DNA from: a virus
Lineage: Duplodnaviria; Caudoviricetes
DNA length: 64,000 nt
Strand: one strand, 5' to 3'
IMG/VR virus record: IMGVR_UViG_3300021962_000022
This document shows positions 11,122 to 21,786 of the stretch, piece after piece (the first letter of the stretch is position 1; each line of letters starts with the position of its first letter). The notes under the pieces are model-generated. The model was not told where the DNA came from. It saw only the letters and a program-made list of their open reading frames with translations, and did no database searches. Both the position numbers and the translations under genes were made by a program.

Positions 11122-12136
11122 TGTCTCTAATTTTAATTAATTTTTTATTTTTTTCTTTTCTTGTTAATCTTAAAAAAGGATTTAGGAAGTTTATCCACGC
11201 GTCATCTGATTTTGGTAGAAGTAAGAATATACCATCTTCCATCATCATCTTCATCGTGTTTTTATATGAACGACCCTCAGGGTCAATCAAATCGTTTATA
11301 AGTGAATTAATAGATTCTTTTGCATCATCTGTTAAAAAGGGATTTTCAAGACTTACTATTCGACTATTCACATCAAAGAATTCTTCACCAAGTATTCCAT
11401 ATTTTGTTACACCTGTCAATAAATTTTTAACAATGTTATTGTCATTGTCTTGTTCAAAAAGATTGTTGAATCTTTCCAATACAAATTCTATAGAAATTTC
11501 CTCGGTTTTAACTTCAGGTACCATTGAGACTAATCGTCTAACACCTAAGTTTTTAATACCCGCAATATTATCAGACGGGTCACCACAAATCATTTTGACA
11601 ATTTTAATGTTTTGTATTAAAATCTGTTCATGGTCATATACGAACATATCATTAGGTTGATATATTTTACTGTGTGAGGGATTGTATAATCGAGTGTTTT
11701 CTGATACTAATTGTGTTAAATCACCATCCGAAGAAAAGATAATTTTATCTTCTTTTGGTGAATTTTGACTGTAGTATGCAATTGCGTCGTCAGTCTCACA
11801 AAATTCGTATTCTCCTTGTCTAACAAAAAGTTCTTCGAGATATTGTTTGACTCTGTTTCTCTGTTTTCCATACGAATGAATCTCTTCTTCACTGCGTATT
11901 CTAGATTTACGATTCTCTTTGTATTGATGATAGAATCTTTTTCTTGTTAAAGAACCATCTTGACCGTCCCAAAAAACGACAATTTTATCTAAACGATGTA
12001 TCTCAATTGTCCTTCTTAAAGTATTGATAAAATGGTAAATTCCACCAATATGTTCTCCCTTATAAAAGTGATTTTTTAATCCAAAAAAACCAATAGTAAG
12101 TAAATTGTCTCCATCTACTAATAATACATTAGGCAT
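11114..12136 (-). CDS. 5'-3' exonuclease / flap endonuclease (PolI N-terminal or T4 RNase H family)
   Basis: LLVDGDNL, VVFWDG, ETDDAIA, SSDGDLTQL, GDPSDNIAGIKNLG. Confidence 0.93.
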   Translation of the reverse strand: MPNVLLVDGDNLLTIGFFGLKNHFYKGEHIGGIYHFINTLRRTIEIHRLDKIVVFWDGQDGSLTRKRFYHQYKENRKSRIRSEEEIHSYGKQRNRVKQYLEELFVRQGEYEFCETDDAIAYYSQNSPKEDKIIFSSDGDLTQLVSENTRLYNPSHSKIYQPNDMFVYDHEQILIQNIKIVKMICGDPSDNIAGIKNLGVRRLVSMVPEVKTEEISIEFVLERFNNLFEQDNDNNIVKNLLTGVTKYGILGEEFFDVNSRIVSLENPFLTDDAKESINSLINDLIDPEGRSYKNTMKMMMEDGIFLLLPKSDDAWINFLNPFLRLTRKEKNKKLIKIRDNE

Positions 12137-12167
12137 TAATCATCACTCTTATAGGGTTAAACAAATA

Positions 12168-13166
12168 TTAATCTTCTTCTTCGTAATCAAAAGTTGTTGA
12201 TTCGGCTAAATCAAAATCCGTAGACCCTAATTTATCTCTCCAAAAACTTGAGTATTCTTTTTTGTATCCTTCCAACGCCTCTTTGGTGTCAGCGATATAT
12301 CCATTGTGAACAACGATAACTTTACCGTCTTTGTATCCTAAACCATTGACGTGATTCTTGAGGATAGAGATTTTAGTTCTTACAGCGTAAACAACTTTTC
12401 TACCATCTTTAGTTGCATCAATGTGGTTGATACCTGATTTCTTTTGGTTACCGAACAAAAAGATTAATGACGACGCCAATTTTAACGCTTCACCACCTTT
12501 TGGTTTGATTTCAGGTTGACCCATAGGATTATCGGGTAATTCTACCCATGGTTGGTTTACAACAACCATTGTTAGGTAATATGATGAATCTTTAGATGGG
12601 TAGTCTTCTTTTTTGGATTTGGTAATTCTTGAGTGAATACCCATACCAATTTTGTCAGATAAAACACTTGCGTTGTGTTGTTTACCACCTTTACCATCAA
12701 AGGTCATCTTACATGGTATTGAACCGATAGAGTCCCAACAGAACAAAATGTGTCTTGGGATTTCACCTTTCTCATGTGCGTTGATAATATCGTTTATGAA
12801 ATCGGTTGCTTGTTCAATATAGTCAAAGGAATCATTGAAGATAAAATCTCCCGTCCATTCACCATTTGAATCTTTTTCAGCTTGAAATCCTAATTCAATT
12901 GCGTGTTCCCATTTCCATTTTCTCTCCGTAATAAGTAGTACAGGTAGATGCCCTTTCTTTTGTGCATCAACCGCCGCTAAAATCATTGCGGTAGTTTTTG
13001 AAGAGTTAGTATGTCCTAAAAACATATTAATCCCACCCATTACAGGTCCGGGTAATCCACACGCATTGTTAAATGCCTCACCACAATAATAGAAGTTTTC
13101 GTCCTTGTATTTTGTTTTAGATGAGAATTTGGATATATAATCAAATTCTTTTTTCTTGATTGCCAT
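12168..13166 (-). CDS. recA: RecA/UvsX-like recombinase
   Basis: P-loop-like GHTNSSKTT, WDSIGS, VVNQ, KGGEAL, KISILKNHV. Confidence 0.85.
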   Translation of the reverse strand: MAIKKKEFDYISKFSSKTKYKDENFYYCGEAFNNACGLPGPVMGGINMFLGHTNSSKTTAMILAAVDAQKKGHLPVLLITERKWKWEHAIELGFQAEKDSNGEWTGDFIFNDSFDYIEQATDFINDIINAHEKGEIPRHILFCWDSIGSIPCKMTFDGKGGKQHNASVLSDKIGMGIHSRITKSKKEDYPSKDSSYYLTMVVVNQPWVELPDNPMGQPEIKPKGGEALKLASSLIFLFGNQKKSGINHIDATKDGRKVVYAVRTKISILKNHVNGLGYKDGKVIVVHNGYIADTKEALEGYKKEYSSFWRDKLGSTDFDLAESTTFDYEEED

Positions 13167-13189
13167 TGTATATTTTATAATTTTTTTGA

Positions 13190-13232
13190 AAAAAAGAGCA
13201 TGGACATCATGTTAATTCACGTGTCCATGCTC
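13190..13232 (-). terminator. Long-stem terminator between SSB and recA
   Basis: GAGCATGGACA/TGTCCATGCTC 11-bp stem followed by T6 on minus strand. Confidence 0.75.
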
Positions 13233-13239
13233 GTATTGA

Positions 13240-14097
13240 TTAAAATGGTAAATCGTCGTCTCCTTCAGCGTCTTCTTGTGGGTCAAACTCAGGAGCTGGT
13301 GATTTCTTAACGGGTGTTGATGGTTTCGCAATCTCAAACTCTTCTGTAGAATTTGATACGTATTTACCAGTTGTAGTATCCCATCTTGGAACTTCACCTC
13401 TTGCAACCATTTCCAAATATTCTTCAGGTTTTTTAGAATATACATCAGACCAAGTCAATTCATCTTTTAACCAAGTTGACGCAACATCTGAATCTGTGTG
13501 TAATGGAGATTGGTCTTCAGGGATGATAGATGTGATTGTAGTATATTCTCTACCATTACCAGCTTTGGTAAGGTTAAGGTTGATGATTAAATCTCTACCT
13601 TTTTGTGGGTCGGTGATATCACCTTTGTTTTTGAAAAGAGGGTAGATTTTATCCAACACACCTTCATTTTTGGTGTTGTGTTTAAATCTCCAAAATTTAA
13701 CTCCATCTTGTTCTCTTTCTCGGTCGATAACTTTCACAATGTAAAATTTACGTGAACGATACTGACGAGCCAAAACCTTGTCTTGTTCATCACCCGTCAT
13801 AATCAAACCTTCATAAACCTCATTTAAAGGTGAACGTTTTCCGTCTTTGCTCGGGTCGTAAAGTTTTACCCAATTACCATCTATTTGTACTTCATGGAAG
13901 TAAGCTTCTTTAAATGGTGAACCACCATCGTCAGATGGAAGGATTCTAATTCTTCTTTCACCACTTCTCTCACCCTTAGGTAAAACGGTGGTAAAATACT
14001 TTTTCATTCTATCCTCTTGGGATACCTTGTTTGCACTGCCGCCTGCGGCTTGTTTGTTCTTTTCGTACTGTGCCAGTACTGATTCTACTGTTGACAT
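13240..14097 (-). CDS. Single-stranded DNA-binding protein (gp32-like)
   Basis: RRIRILP, FKEAYFH, YIVKVIDR, DITDPQKGRDLII, acidic tail EGDDDLPF. Confidence 0.85.
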   Translation of the reverse strand: MSTVESVLAQYEKNKQAAGGSANKVSQEDRMKKYFTTVLPKGERSGERRIRILPSDDGGSPFKEAYFHEVQIDGNWVKLYDPSKDGKRSPLNEVYEGLIMTGDEQDKVLARQYRSRKFYIVKVIDREREQDGVKFWRFKHNTKNEGVLDKIYPLFKNKGDITDPQKGRDLIINLNLTKAGNGREYTTITSIIPEDQSPLHTDSDVASTWLKDELTWSDVYSKKPEEYLEMVARGEVPRWDTTTGKYVSNSTEEFEIAKPSTPVKKSPAPEFDPQEDAEGDDDLPF

Positions 14098-14137
14098 ATT
14101 ATTTGTTTTTAAATGTTAGAAATGTATTTCTATGTAA

Positions 14138-14165
14138 AGTATAGACAAAAAAAGTCAGATTACAA
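14138..14165 (-). promoter_or_regulatory. Sigma70-type promoter for SSB operon
   Basis: TTGTAA-N16-TATACT on minus strand; -35 lies in the terminator loop. Confidence 0.5.
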
Positions 14166-14174
14166 AATCTGACT
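14147..14174 (-). terminator. Intrinsic terminator after Dps-like gene
   Basis: AGTCAGATT-TTGT-AATCTGACT followed by T-run. Confidence 0.8.
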
Positions 14175-14204
14175 CTCTTTTTTTTAAAAAATGTTTTTAG
14201 GGGG

Positions 14205-14579
14205 TTACTCTAAAGTTAGAAGATACAATAATTTATTCAATAAACCAAGTATCTCGTCTCTTAAATTTAATAAGTCGGTATCAACCCTGTCGTCCAAGTC
14301 TTCAGAAAACTCTATTAAGGCTTCAGTACAAACTTTAATCATATCGGAAGGATTTACATCCGAAAGATTAACCATTTCAATTTTTTTGGTTTCCTCGTCT
14401 AATACGAATCTACCATATTTACCCATTGATATTTCAACAAACTCATCAATAAGACCTGTTAAATCATCATAGGTTTTACCAAAAGCTTCGTGTCTAGCAA
14501 TACCTTTTGTTTGCCAATGGTTTATTTTCATTTGTATTTGTAAACCCAATAAAAAGTTTACCTTAGAACTTAAATTCAT
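14205..14579 (-). CDS. Dps/ferritin-like four-helix protein
   Basis: HWQTKGIARHEAFGKTYDDLTGLIDEFVE resembles the Dps HW..G...H...Y......D..E pattern. Confidence 0.7.
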   Translation of the reverse strand: MNLSSKVNFLLGLQIQMKINHWQTKGIARHEAFGKTYDDLTGLIDEFVEISMGKYGRFVLDEETKKIEMVNLSDVNPSDMIKVCTEALIEFSEDLDDRVDTDLLNLRDEILGLLNKLLYLLTLE

Positions 14580-15192
14580 CTTCTTCTGTTTCTGGATTAA
14601 ATGTGTCTCTTATTGTATCTCTTGAGTAATCTTCAATATCTTGTTTAGTTAAAACGTACTCGTTTTTACCACTTTGTTGCATTTCACCTTGTTTTTGTGC
14701 AAAGAACTGTTGTGGGTTCATATTAAATGGATATGAGTCTAAAGAACGTAACTCCAATTTCTCTTGTGGGGTTTTTTCTTTCATTGACTCAACTTTGTTT
14801 CCAAGTTCGTCAATTTTATTCATGACTGAGTCCATCTGTGATAACTTTTGTTCCAAATCGTTCAGTTTACTAAAGACTGTCTCCATCTTATCAACAACAG
14901 CGGTGTTGTCAGATTTATTATCATCCAAATCTTTTTTAATTGATTTGGTCATGTTAACTAAATCAGTGATGTCAATTTCTTCAGTATCTGTTGCTGCGGG
15001 TACATCACCCGTTGGTGGTGGAACATCCGCAGGTGGTGGAACATCTGTTGGTGGTACAGCAGGTTCAATTGGCGGTGCATCCATAGGTGGTGGAGGTGGA
15101 ACCTCACCTTGTTCCATCAAAGTTTTTGCATATTTATTAATCGCATTGTATCTTGCGAGTTCTTCCATTAATGATTTTTCTAGTTTTTTCAT
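14563..15192 (-). CDS. Pro-rich coiled-coil protein, probable head-internal/scaffold-like
   Basis: 209 aa; SLMEELARY N-terminus, VPPPPPMDAPP tract, coiled coil. Confidence 0.7.
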   Translation of the reverse strand: MKKLEKSLMEELARYNAINKYAKTLMEQGEVPPPPPMDAPPIEPAVPPTDVPPPADVPPPTGDVPAATDTEEIDITDLVNMTKSIKKDLDDNKSDNTAVVDKMETVFSKLNDLEQKLSQMDSVMNKIDELGNKVESMKEKTPQEKLELRSLDSYPFNMNPQQFFAQKQGEMQQSGKNEYVLTKQDIEDYSRDTIRDTFNPETEEDEFKF

Positions 15193-15194
15193 AG

Positions 15195-15401
15195 TTAGTC
15201 TTGTAAAAGTTGTCTACCGTCTTCGGTTATAAATTTTTTGTTTATTCTTTCAACTATACCATCTTTAGACCTGATTACATAACATTCACCAGTTTGAAGG
15301 TCACATTCTTCTCTTTCCATCCCATCATTTGAAACGGACTTAACGTGTTTTGGATTTTCCATATAGTTATCCAATGTTTTATTTAATTTTTCGTTGTTCA
15401 T
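15195..15401 (-). CDS. Small hypothetical protein
   Basis: 68 aa, TATTTATT 12 nt upstream, 2-bp gap to next gene. Confidence 0.7.
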   Translation of the reverse strand: MNNEKLNKTLDNYMENPKHVKSVSNDGMEREECDLQTGECYVIRSKDGIVERINKKFITEDGRQLLQD

Positions 15402-15446
15402 GGTACTTTCTTTAATAAATATCTAAAAAACTTAAAAACTTATATT

Positions 15447-18400
15447 TTAATCCATTTTAAAATAAACCACATCCCCATCGTATAATCCTAATTCGGACAT
15501 TAACTTTGGTGACATACCCATACCTATAGTTGTAGACGAAGGCCCAACACTAATAGGTCCCTCAACTACAATCTGTCCAACGTTCTTATCTAATTGATAA
15601 CTCGGGTTCAATGTAAGAGTTTTACTGTTTTTAGGATTCTTAAAAGTTGTTTTAGCAGTTTTAATCACATCAACGGTGATACTTTTTGATAACTGAAAAT
15701 AAACATTGTAAAACTTATAGTCTGTCGATTTAATATCTGACCATTTTATACCGTTAGCAATGTTAAATCCTTGGTCATCGTCTATTGCATATTTTTCACC
15801 ACCCATTTTGTATACAACTGTTCGTAACCATTCCTCGTTACCATTCTTTACCTTTTGTATTAATCGAGTCTCGTTGTATCCATTGTATGGAACGCCGAAT
15901 CTATTTATACCAACGTCTTGAACTATAGTTTCACCTTGTACGTTCTTACCTTGTCTATCTGTTATGTAAGGTATTTTTTGATAAATAACCGTGTCTTGAG
16001 TATCGGTACGATTAGATTCTCTTTGTTTGATTTTAGCAATCGCTTTCGATTGAATCTTATCAAATAAGATTCTGTAACTAGCAACAAACGAATCTTTTGG
16101 GTCAGGTAATGATGTATATGGTATCCTTGTTCCTGAGAAATTTGTTGAAATAACGTTACCTCTAATTTGATGGGAAACCTCTGTAATCCAATAAGAACCT
16201 CTGAACATCGGTATGTTTTTTAAATAGAAAAACATTGTAGGTTGAATCATTACATTACCCATAGCACTAACTCCACATTTATATGAAGCTTGTTTATAGT
16301 AATCAAACAAACTAACGTCAACATTATGAACACCAGCACCTGAAGCTGACCTTGATAGGTCTTCCAATACTTGGAAAGATTCAGAAGTATTTTTAAGTGA
16401 GGTTTGGTCAAGTGTTACACCTTTGAATATTCCTTGGTTTTGGTCACCAAAGCTAACCTCAAAAGCAACAACCCTATTGGACTTTGACAAATCGTTTTGT
16501 GAAAAACTATCTAAAGAAGTAATCAGTAGGGGATTAGGTGTTTGACCTCCAATATAGAAACTGTCATCGTTAAATTTATATGCTTTACTGTTTGACATGT
16601 CAACCCTCTTTGATGTTTGACCAACTAATTGAATAATAACTTTTGGTGTTGCTTCTTGATAATCAACTTCTAAAAAGGTTCCGAATAAAGTAGATGCCAC
16701 TTTTTTAGATGGTGTAATCTTATTTCTATTTGTTAAATTGTTTCCATAAAAATTAATATAAGCTGGAAGAGCCCTCATGTCTAATCCAGTACCTTGAATT
16801 ATCATAGATATTGCACTATACAAAGAAAGTTTGGAATTTCTACTATCGAGTAGTGGAGTAAATTTATCTATGTTAAGATAAAATTTATCACCAATGTCTC
16901 TGTTTGCTTTATCCAAGAATAAAAATTCTTCAAGTAATAATCTTTGACCAATTGAGTTACCGGCAGTCCATTTATCATTAAATGATTTGAATGTGTTGTA
17001 AAGTTCTAATTTAGTTTGTGTTGAGTTATAACCCCTGAACATATCAATACTTGCCGCAGGATTTGCGTTGGTATTACTACTTAGTTTTGAAAATTGTGGT
17101 AATAATGTATTTAAAAATAATGCAAGTCTTGCCTCTGCACCATTTCCAACAATCTTACCATCGTTATTTTTTATTAAAATAGAATTTTGTAAATAGGTTA
17201 TAAACGCGGACTTGGTGTTTGTTCCACCCGCTTTTCTATAACCACCATATATGTGTGCTAAAGGTCTATGTCTTTTTATGTTGTCTTCTGTCAATTTAAT
17301 ATCCATTAAACTAAAGAAATTAACATAGTAACTATCTATATCTTCACCTATATATAGTTTTATTAAATTTAAATTTGTTGATGTTAAATCAACAGCACTA
17401 AATGGTTGTGGACCATATGTTGTGAAACTTCCATATGGCTCTATTTTTGTAAGTCCATATAGTGAATACGCATCAATTTCTTTTGGGTTAGCTAATGTGA
17501 ATTTTATTAAATTACTTGAACTTAAGATATCATTGGTAATTGTTTCAGCGTTCTTTTTTTGTCTCTCTTTTAATGTTGTCTGAATTAACAAATCAATATC
17601 ATTACTATCGTCGTCTTTCTTTTCAACAACGGACAATTTCTTTAATAAATCTTGGAATTTAGGGTAACTAACGTTTCTAAAGATTCTATATGGTATTTCT
17701 TCGTTTATTTTTTCACTGGCAAAATCAAGGAAGAAACTTTCCATGTATTCAAGTATTTGAGGACTAAAAGTACCAATAAGGTCTAACGCCTTTTTGTAGT
17801 TTGAAGATACTGAATATGTGTTTCCTGTTGTTCTAAAATAATCATATGAACTTGGGAATGTTTGTCCACTAAAACTTGTTGACAGGGTATCATCCAAATA
17901 CCAAATTGATTTAAAACTTAATTCTTCAGCCAAATTAAATGAATTACCATCTGAGATAGAATTGGTTTGGTGTCCACCTACTGATGGTAATAATGTATAG
18001 TTTTTATCAGAACTTATGTATTTGGAATTATCCATAACAACATCCCAATAATTCATTCCACTTTTAGTTCTAACTCTATGAAGGATTTTACCTGATTGAC
18101 TTGTTGATGAATATGATGTGTTACCCAAACTTATGTCATAAGTGGAGTAATCATTAACTATTTGACTGTAAACCGCCTGATAGAATGGTTTAATACCAGC
18201 ATGTGTATATCCTGTATAAGTAACTCCCGTAGTTGTACCAGATGTTGTGGATATTCTTGGAATAACATCAAAAGTCACGTATTCATCATAAACCGCAAAA
18301 ATGGTCGCCCCCGTTAATCCTGTTAATGGTGATTGAGAAATCGTGAATCCTGTAGTACTTGTAACGTTTGTTATAAAAGTATTTGGTGCGGTTTGTCCTG

Positions 18401-21400
18401 TTCCCGCAATAACGGTAACTGTCATTCCCGATTGTAATCCAACTGTACTTGGTACATTGATGGTTGTTCCACTACTTGACGCGTTGGTTGCGGTATAAGT
18501 AATTAAAGCACCATTGTTGTCAAACAATGTTTTTCCTGTTAAAGGTCTGGTTATATAACTTGGGTTTATACAACCATCTAATATATCATAACCATCAATT
18601 AAATGTGTTTTATATCTATGATAGATTGACCCCCATTTTAATAATAAATGATATGGTATAAAGTGAGTTGCAGATACTTCTCTAAATAATGATGATGTTA
18701 GAATTGATTTCCCGTCGAAAGTGATTTGGTCGTCTAAATCAATAAATGGTAAAGAATTTAATAACAAGTAAGAAGAACCAACATACTTACCTTTTAATGT
18801 TGATTTATTAAAATCTGAAAATAATTGATTGTGGAAATATGGGGTGTTAAGTATTGATGTGGTGTTCCCTGATACTTTAACAGTATTTGTAAAAAAATCA
18901 GTAGTACTTGATGATGGTTTTACCCAAGATTTTGAATTGATTGGTGAACAAATAAAACCTTGTGAGCTATTAACTTTTAAGATTCCGTTGAATTTAAAGT
19001 TATCTCGACTAAATGATGTTTTACCTAAATAATTTAAATACGTGGTAGAATTGAAGGGGTAGATATCTGTTCTATATGTTTCAGGTTCGTAATCAATTAG
19101 AATCTTATTAAGATTATCTTCTTCTAAATCACCTGTTGGGTTTGTTGACGCTTCATCATATTTGTCAAATTTGAATGGTTCATCAATTACATCACTTATA
19201 TAATTAGTTGTTGGTAAATGGTCTTTGTAATAGTTAAACCTTTCATATGGTGATAATCCGGGTAAATAACCACCGTATGTTGTTGCAATTTTTGGGGTAC
19301 CATCAGTGTTTTTCTGAATAACACCATTCTCTTTTAATTCTGTGGTTGACACAGGTGCAATCAATGCGTTTTTATTTGTAATTTTTTTGGCTAATTCAAT
19401 TATGTCAGTATCTTCTTTTATTGATTCTTGTATGTTTTTAAATTCTTCATTAGCCAATTGTATAATCATTTTGTCATTAAATGAATCAAACAATGTCATA
19501 TAAAGAGCTCTCTCATAAAGTTCATAAACAAAGCCAGCATAACTTTTATCAACAAATGGTATTGATTCGTTTATAACATCAATACCTGAAATATCTTCGA
19601 TTTTTTGATTTTCTGTGTTTGAATCAAAAACGTAATTAACGTCATTCCTTGTTGGTTCATTATTAACATTTGTCTCAACCCTGTTTGTTGCAATTTTAAT
19701 ATACTCTTCAACAAAATCAACTTCAGGCCATAAGGTCTTATCATATGATTTTAATTTATGTACCAATTCTTCATCACCGGGATATGAAACAACATTTTGT
19801 TTACCACCTGTTTGTGGTTTTTTTACTTCAGGCCATGGATATATGTTTTCACCTTTTGACTCTTTTGATAAATTAGTTAAAACTTTTTTTCTGTTATTAG
19901 CAGCATCGAACGCCTTGTTGTGAACATCTTTCATTAATCTGATGTAAACCTCAGCATTGGCCAATAATACCGCAAACATGTTTCTGATTGTCGGTTCAAA
20001 ACCAAAACCATATTCTTTACTTTTGATGACCTCATTCATTTTTGTCTCAACGTCATCCTCAACTTTTTTTCTTTGTTCTTCAAAAGATTTTCTTATTTGG
20101 AATATGTCTTCAAATAATCCATCAATGTATACCGCAACCTTTTTATCATTCAGTATTTTATAATATGATTGGACATCTTTAACATTCCTAATTGAAATTC
20201 TCTTAAAGTCGCCGCCAGTCTCGTTTAATAAATTTTGAGTCAATAGTTTGGATTTATTCATCGCACCGTTAAATCCTTTTAATAAAAGTTCAAGAGCCCC
20301 CGGTCCGTTACCAAGAATATGTTTTGTTTCGGTCTTATCTTTTGCGCTCAAATAAAACCATAAATCACTAACAGTTTCGTCGGTTGTTGCGGTTCGATTA
20401 AAAGATGTGTATTCTTGTGATAGATATTGTTTTCCCCAAGCTTTTATTGAATTTTCAAAATCATTTATTATACTATCAATTTCTTTTATACCTGAAAAAA
20501 CATCCATGCTCACTTTACTGAATACTTGTTGTTCAAGTATTTTATCAAGACTTTCGGCTATATAACCAACTTCTTTTAGTGTACGAACAGGGAAACCTTT
20601 CGGTATTAAACCCTTTTGTTCATATTGTCTATATATTGATTTTAAGATTGTGTATCCTCTTGAAGACTGTTTGAGTGTCTTTTCGTATAAACCTGTTTTT
20701 TCATTAAACTTGGAATTTTTAGATTCTTCAACTAAAAACATGTAAGGACAATTTATAATTGCCGATAATGGAATGTCATTTAACCAAGCAAATGTGGAAC
20801 CAACAAATTTTGTTGTTATTTCAAAATTACCATTAGAATCATTAAATCTTGATTTAAAATCAGTCATGTGCAATCTGTATCTGATTGCTTTACCGTAATA
20901 ACCTTTTACTGTTAGATAAAAAATGGGCCACGGTAAATGAAAAAACGCTCGGTATGGTGAATTTTCTGAAGATTCAAAAAGTGTCTTTCCCCTAACATCA
21001 ACAAAATTGATTGAAACTTGGGGAACAAAGTTCGCACCTTTAACGTCAATTGTTATTGAATCAATACCGAATGATTGACCTGTTGGGTCTTTAAATTGGT
21101 CTTCACCAAACGTTACGTCATAACCATCTTTGTAGGTTGATTCTTGACCCTGTATTGGTTTGGGTACAAACGCATCGGTCCAAGTAGCGTCAAAGTTTCC
21201 ATCGCCACTGGCGTTTCTTAAGAAATTTAAATTTCCTTTTGCAATTTGTGTTAATGTGTTTCCAACGTTATCATCGGCAATAAGAGTTGTCCTCGGAATC
21301 AAATCTGCTTCCAAGTTAACATACATTACTAAGTTTTCCTGTTTATGTCCTCTTGGTTGTACTTCTCCATTTGAATCAACAACACTATTTGGGTCAACAT

Positions 21401-21470
21401 AAATTAAATTGTTTTGGTCAACTTTTACAAGTATGTTCTCATTATTTGGGTAATCATTATTGCTCGCCAT
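15447..21470 (-). CDS. Giant baseplate hub/tail protein (2007 aa)
   Basis: Hub-like N-terminal FGIDSITIDV...INFVDVRG and C-terminal GNVMIQPTMFFYLKNIPMFRGSYWITEVSH motifs; position in tail module. Confidence 0.65.
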   Translation of the reverse strand: MASNNDYPNNENILVKVDQNNLIYVDPNSVVDSNGEVQPRGHKQENLVMYVNLEADLIPRTTLIADDNVGNTLTQIAKGNLNFLRNASGDGNFDATWTDAFVPKPIQGQESTYKDGYDVTFGEDQFKDPTGQSFGIDSITIDVKGANFVPQVSINFVDVRGKTLFESSENSPYRAFFHLPWPIFYLTVKGYYGKAIRYRLHMTDFKSRFNDSNGNFEITTKFVGSTFAWLNDIPLSAIINCPYMFLVEESKNSKFNEKTGLYEKTLKQSSRGYTILKSIYRQYEQKGLIPKGFPVRTLKEVGYIAESLDKILEQQVFSKVSMDVFSGIKEIDSIINDFENSIKAWGKQYLSQEYTSFNRTATTDETVSDLWFYLSAKDKTETKHILGNGPGALELLLKGFNGAMNKSKLLTQNLLNETGGDFKRISIRNVKDVQSYYKILNDKKVAVYIDGLFEDIFQIRKSFEEQRKKVEDDVETKMNEVIKSKEYGFGFEPTIRNMFAVLLANAEVYIRLMKDVHNKAFDAANNRKKVLTNLSKESKGENIYPWPEVKKPQTGGKQNVVSYPGDEELVHKLKSYDKTLWPEVDFVEEYIKIATNRVETNVNNEPTRNDVNYVFDSNTENQKIEDISGIDVINESIPFVDKSYAGFVYELYERALYMTLFDSFNDKMIIQLANEEFKNIQESIKEDTDIIELAKKITNKNALIAPVSTTELKENGVIQKNTDGTPKIATTYGGYLPGLSPYERFNYYKDHLPTTNYISDVIDEPFKFDKYDEASTNPTGDLEEDNLNKILIDYEPETYRTDIYPFNSTTYLNYLGKTSFSRDNFKFNGILKVNSSQGFICSPINSKSWVKPSSSTTDFFTNTVKVSGNTTSILNTPYFHNQLFSDFNKSTLKGKYVGSSYLLLNSLPFIDLDDQITFDGKSILTSSLFREVSATHFIPYHLLLKWGSIYHRYKTHLIDGYDILDGCINPSYITRPLTGKTLFDNNGALITYTATNASSSGTTINVPSTVGLQSGMTVTVIAGTGQTAPNTFITNVTSTTGFTISQSPLTGLTGATIFAVYDEYVTFDVIPRISTTSGTTTGVTYTGYTHAGIKPFYQAVYSQIVNDYSTYDISLGNTSYSSTSQSGKILHRVRTKSGMNYWDVVMDNSKYISSDKNYTLLPSVGGHQTNSISDGNSFNLAEELSFKSIWYLDDTLSTSFSGQTFPSSYDYFRTTGNTYSVSSNYKKALDLIGTFSPQILEYMESFFLDFASEKINEEIPYRIFRNVSYPKFQDLLKKLSVVEKKDDDSNDIDLLIQTTLKERQKKNAETITNDILSSSNLIKFTLANPKEIDAYSLYGLTKIEPYGSFTTYGPQPFSAVDLTSTNLNLIKLYIGEDIDSYYVNFFSLMDIKLTEDNIKRHRPLAHIYGGYRKAGGTNTKSAFITYLQNSILIKNNDGKIVGNGAEARLALFLNTLLPQFSKLSSNTNANPAASIDMFRGYNSTQTKLELYNTFKSFNDKWTAGNSIGQRLLLEEFLFLDKANRDIGDKFYLNIDKFTPLLDSRNSKLSLYSAISMIIQGTGLDMRALPAYINFYGNNLTNRNKITPSKKVASTLFGTFLEVDYQEATPKVIIQLVGQTSKRVDMSNSKAYKFNDDSFYIGGQTPNPLLITSLDSFSQNDLSKSNRVVAFEVSFGDQNQGIFKGVTLDQTSLKNTSESFQVLEDLSRSASGAGVHNVDVSLFDYYKQASYKCGVSAMGNVMIQPTMFFYLKNIPMFRGSYWITEVSHQIRGNVISTNFSGTRIPYTSLPDPKDSFVASYRILFDKIQSKAIAKIKQRESNRTDTQDTVIYQKIPYITDRQGKNVQGETIVQDVGINRFGVPYNGYNETRLIQKVKNGNEEWLRTVVYKMGGEKYAIDDDQGFNIANGIKWSDIKSTDYKFYNVYFQLSKSITVDVIKTAKTTFKNPKNSKTLTLNPSYQLDKNVGQIVVEGPISVGPSSTTIGMGMSPKLMSELGLYDGDVVYFKMD

Positions 21471-21783
21471 AATATAGGTTATACAATTCTACACTTCTTT
21501 TATAATCTTGTAAAGACGTTACTAATGGAAATGGAATCCTAATAACAAAATTATCGGGTATTTCAAATTCAACACTTCCCGCTGTTGGGTTGGCTTGTAA
21601 TATTAACCAACCAAAAACTGGTGAACCATAATAATCTTGAGATAGTTTATCTAATCTATCTTTACCTCTTTTATAGAACATATATCTATCAGATGGTTTT
21701 ATTGGTATCTCAATTCCGGGTACAATTCTAAATTTACCATCTTCCACAAAAAACTGATATCTATCAAAATATTGTCTACTCAT
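21457..21783 (-). CDS. LysM-like / gp53-like baseplate protein
   Basis: DRLDKLSQDYYGSPVFGWLILQANP...IRIP. Confidence 0.75.
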   Translation of the reverse strand: MSRQYFDRYQFFVEDGKFRIVPGIEIPIKPSDRYMFYKRGKDRLDKLSQDYYGSPVFGWLILQANPTAGSVEFEIPDNFVIRIPFPLVTSLQDYKRSVELYNLYYGEQ

Positions 21784-21786
21784 TTG

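Noticed and set aside
13218-13223. CACGTG in the SSB terminator loop as a second parS
   Set aside because: Flanks do not match parS arms; it is explained by hairpin pairing
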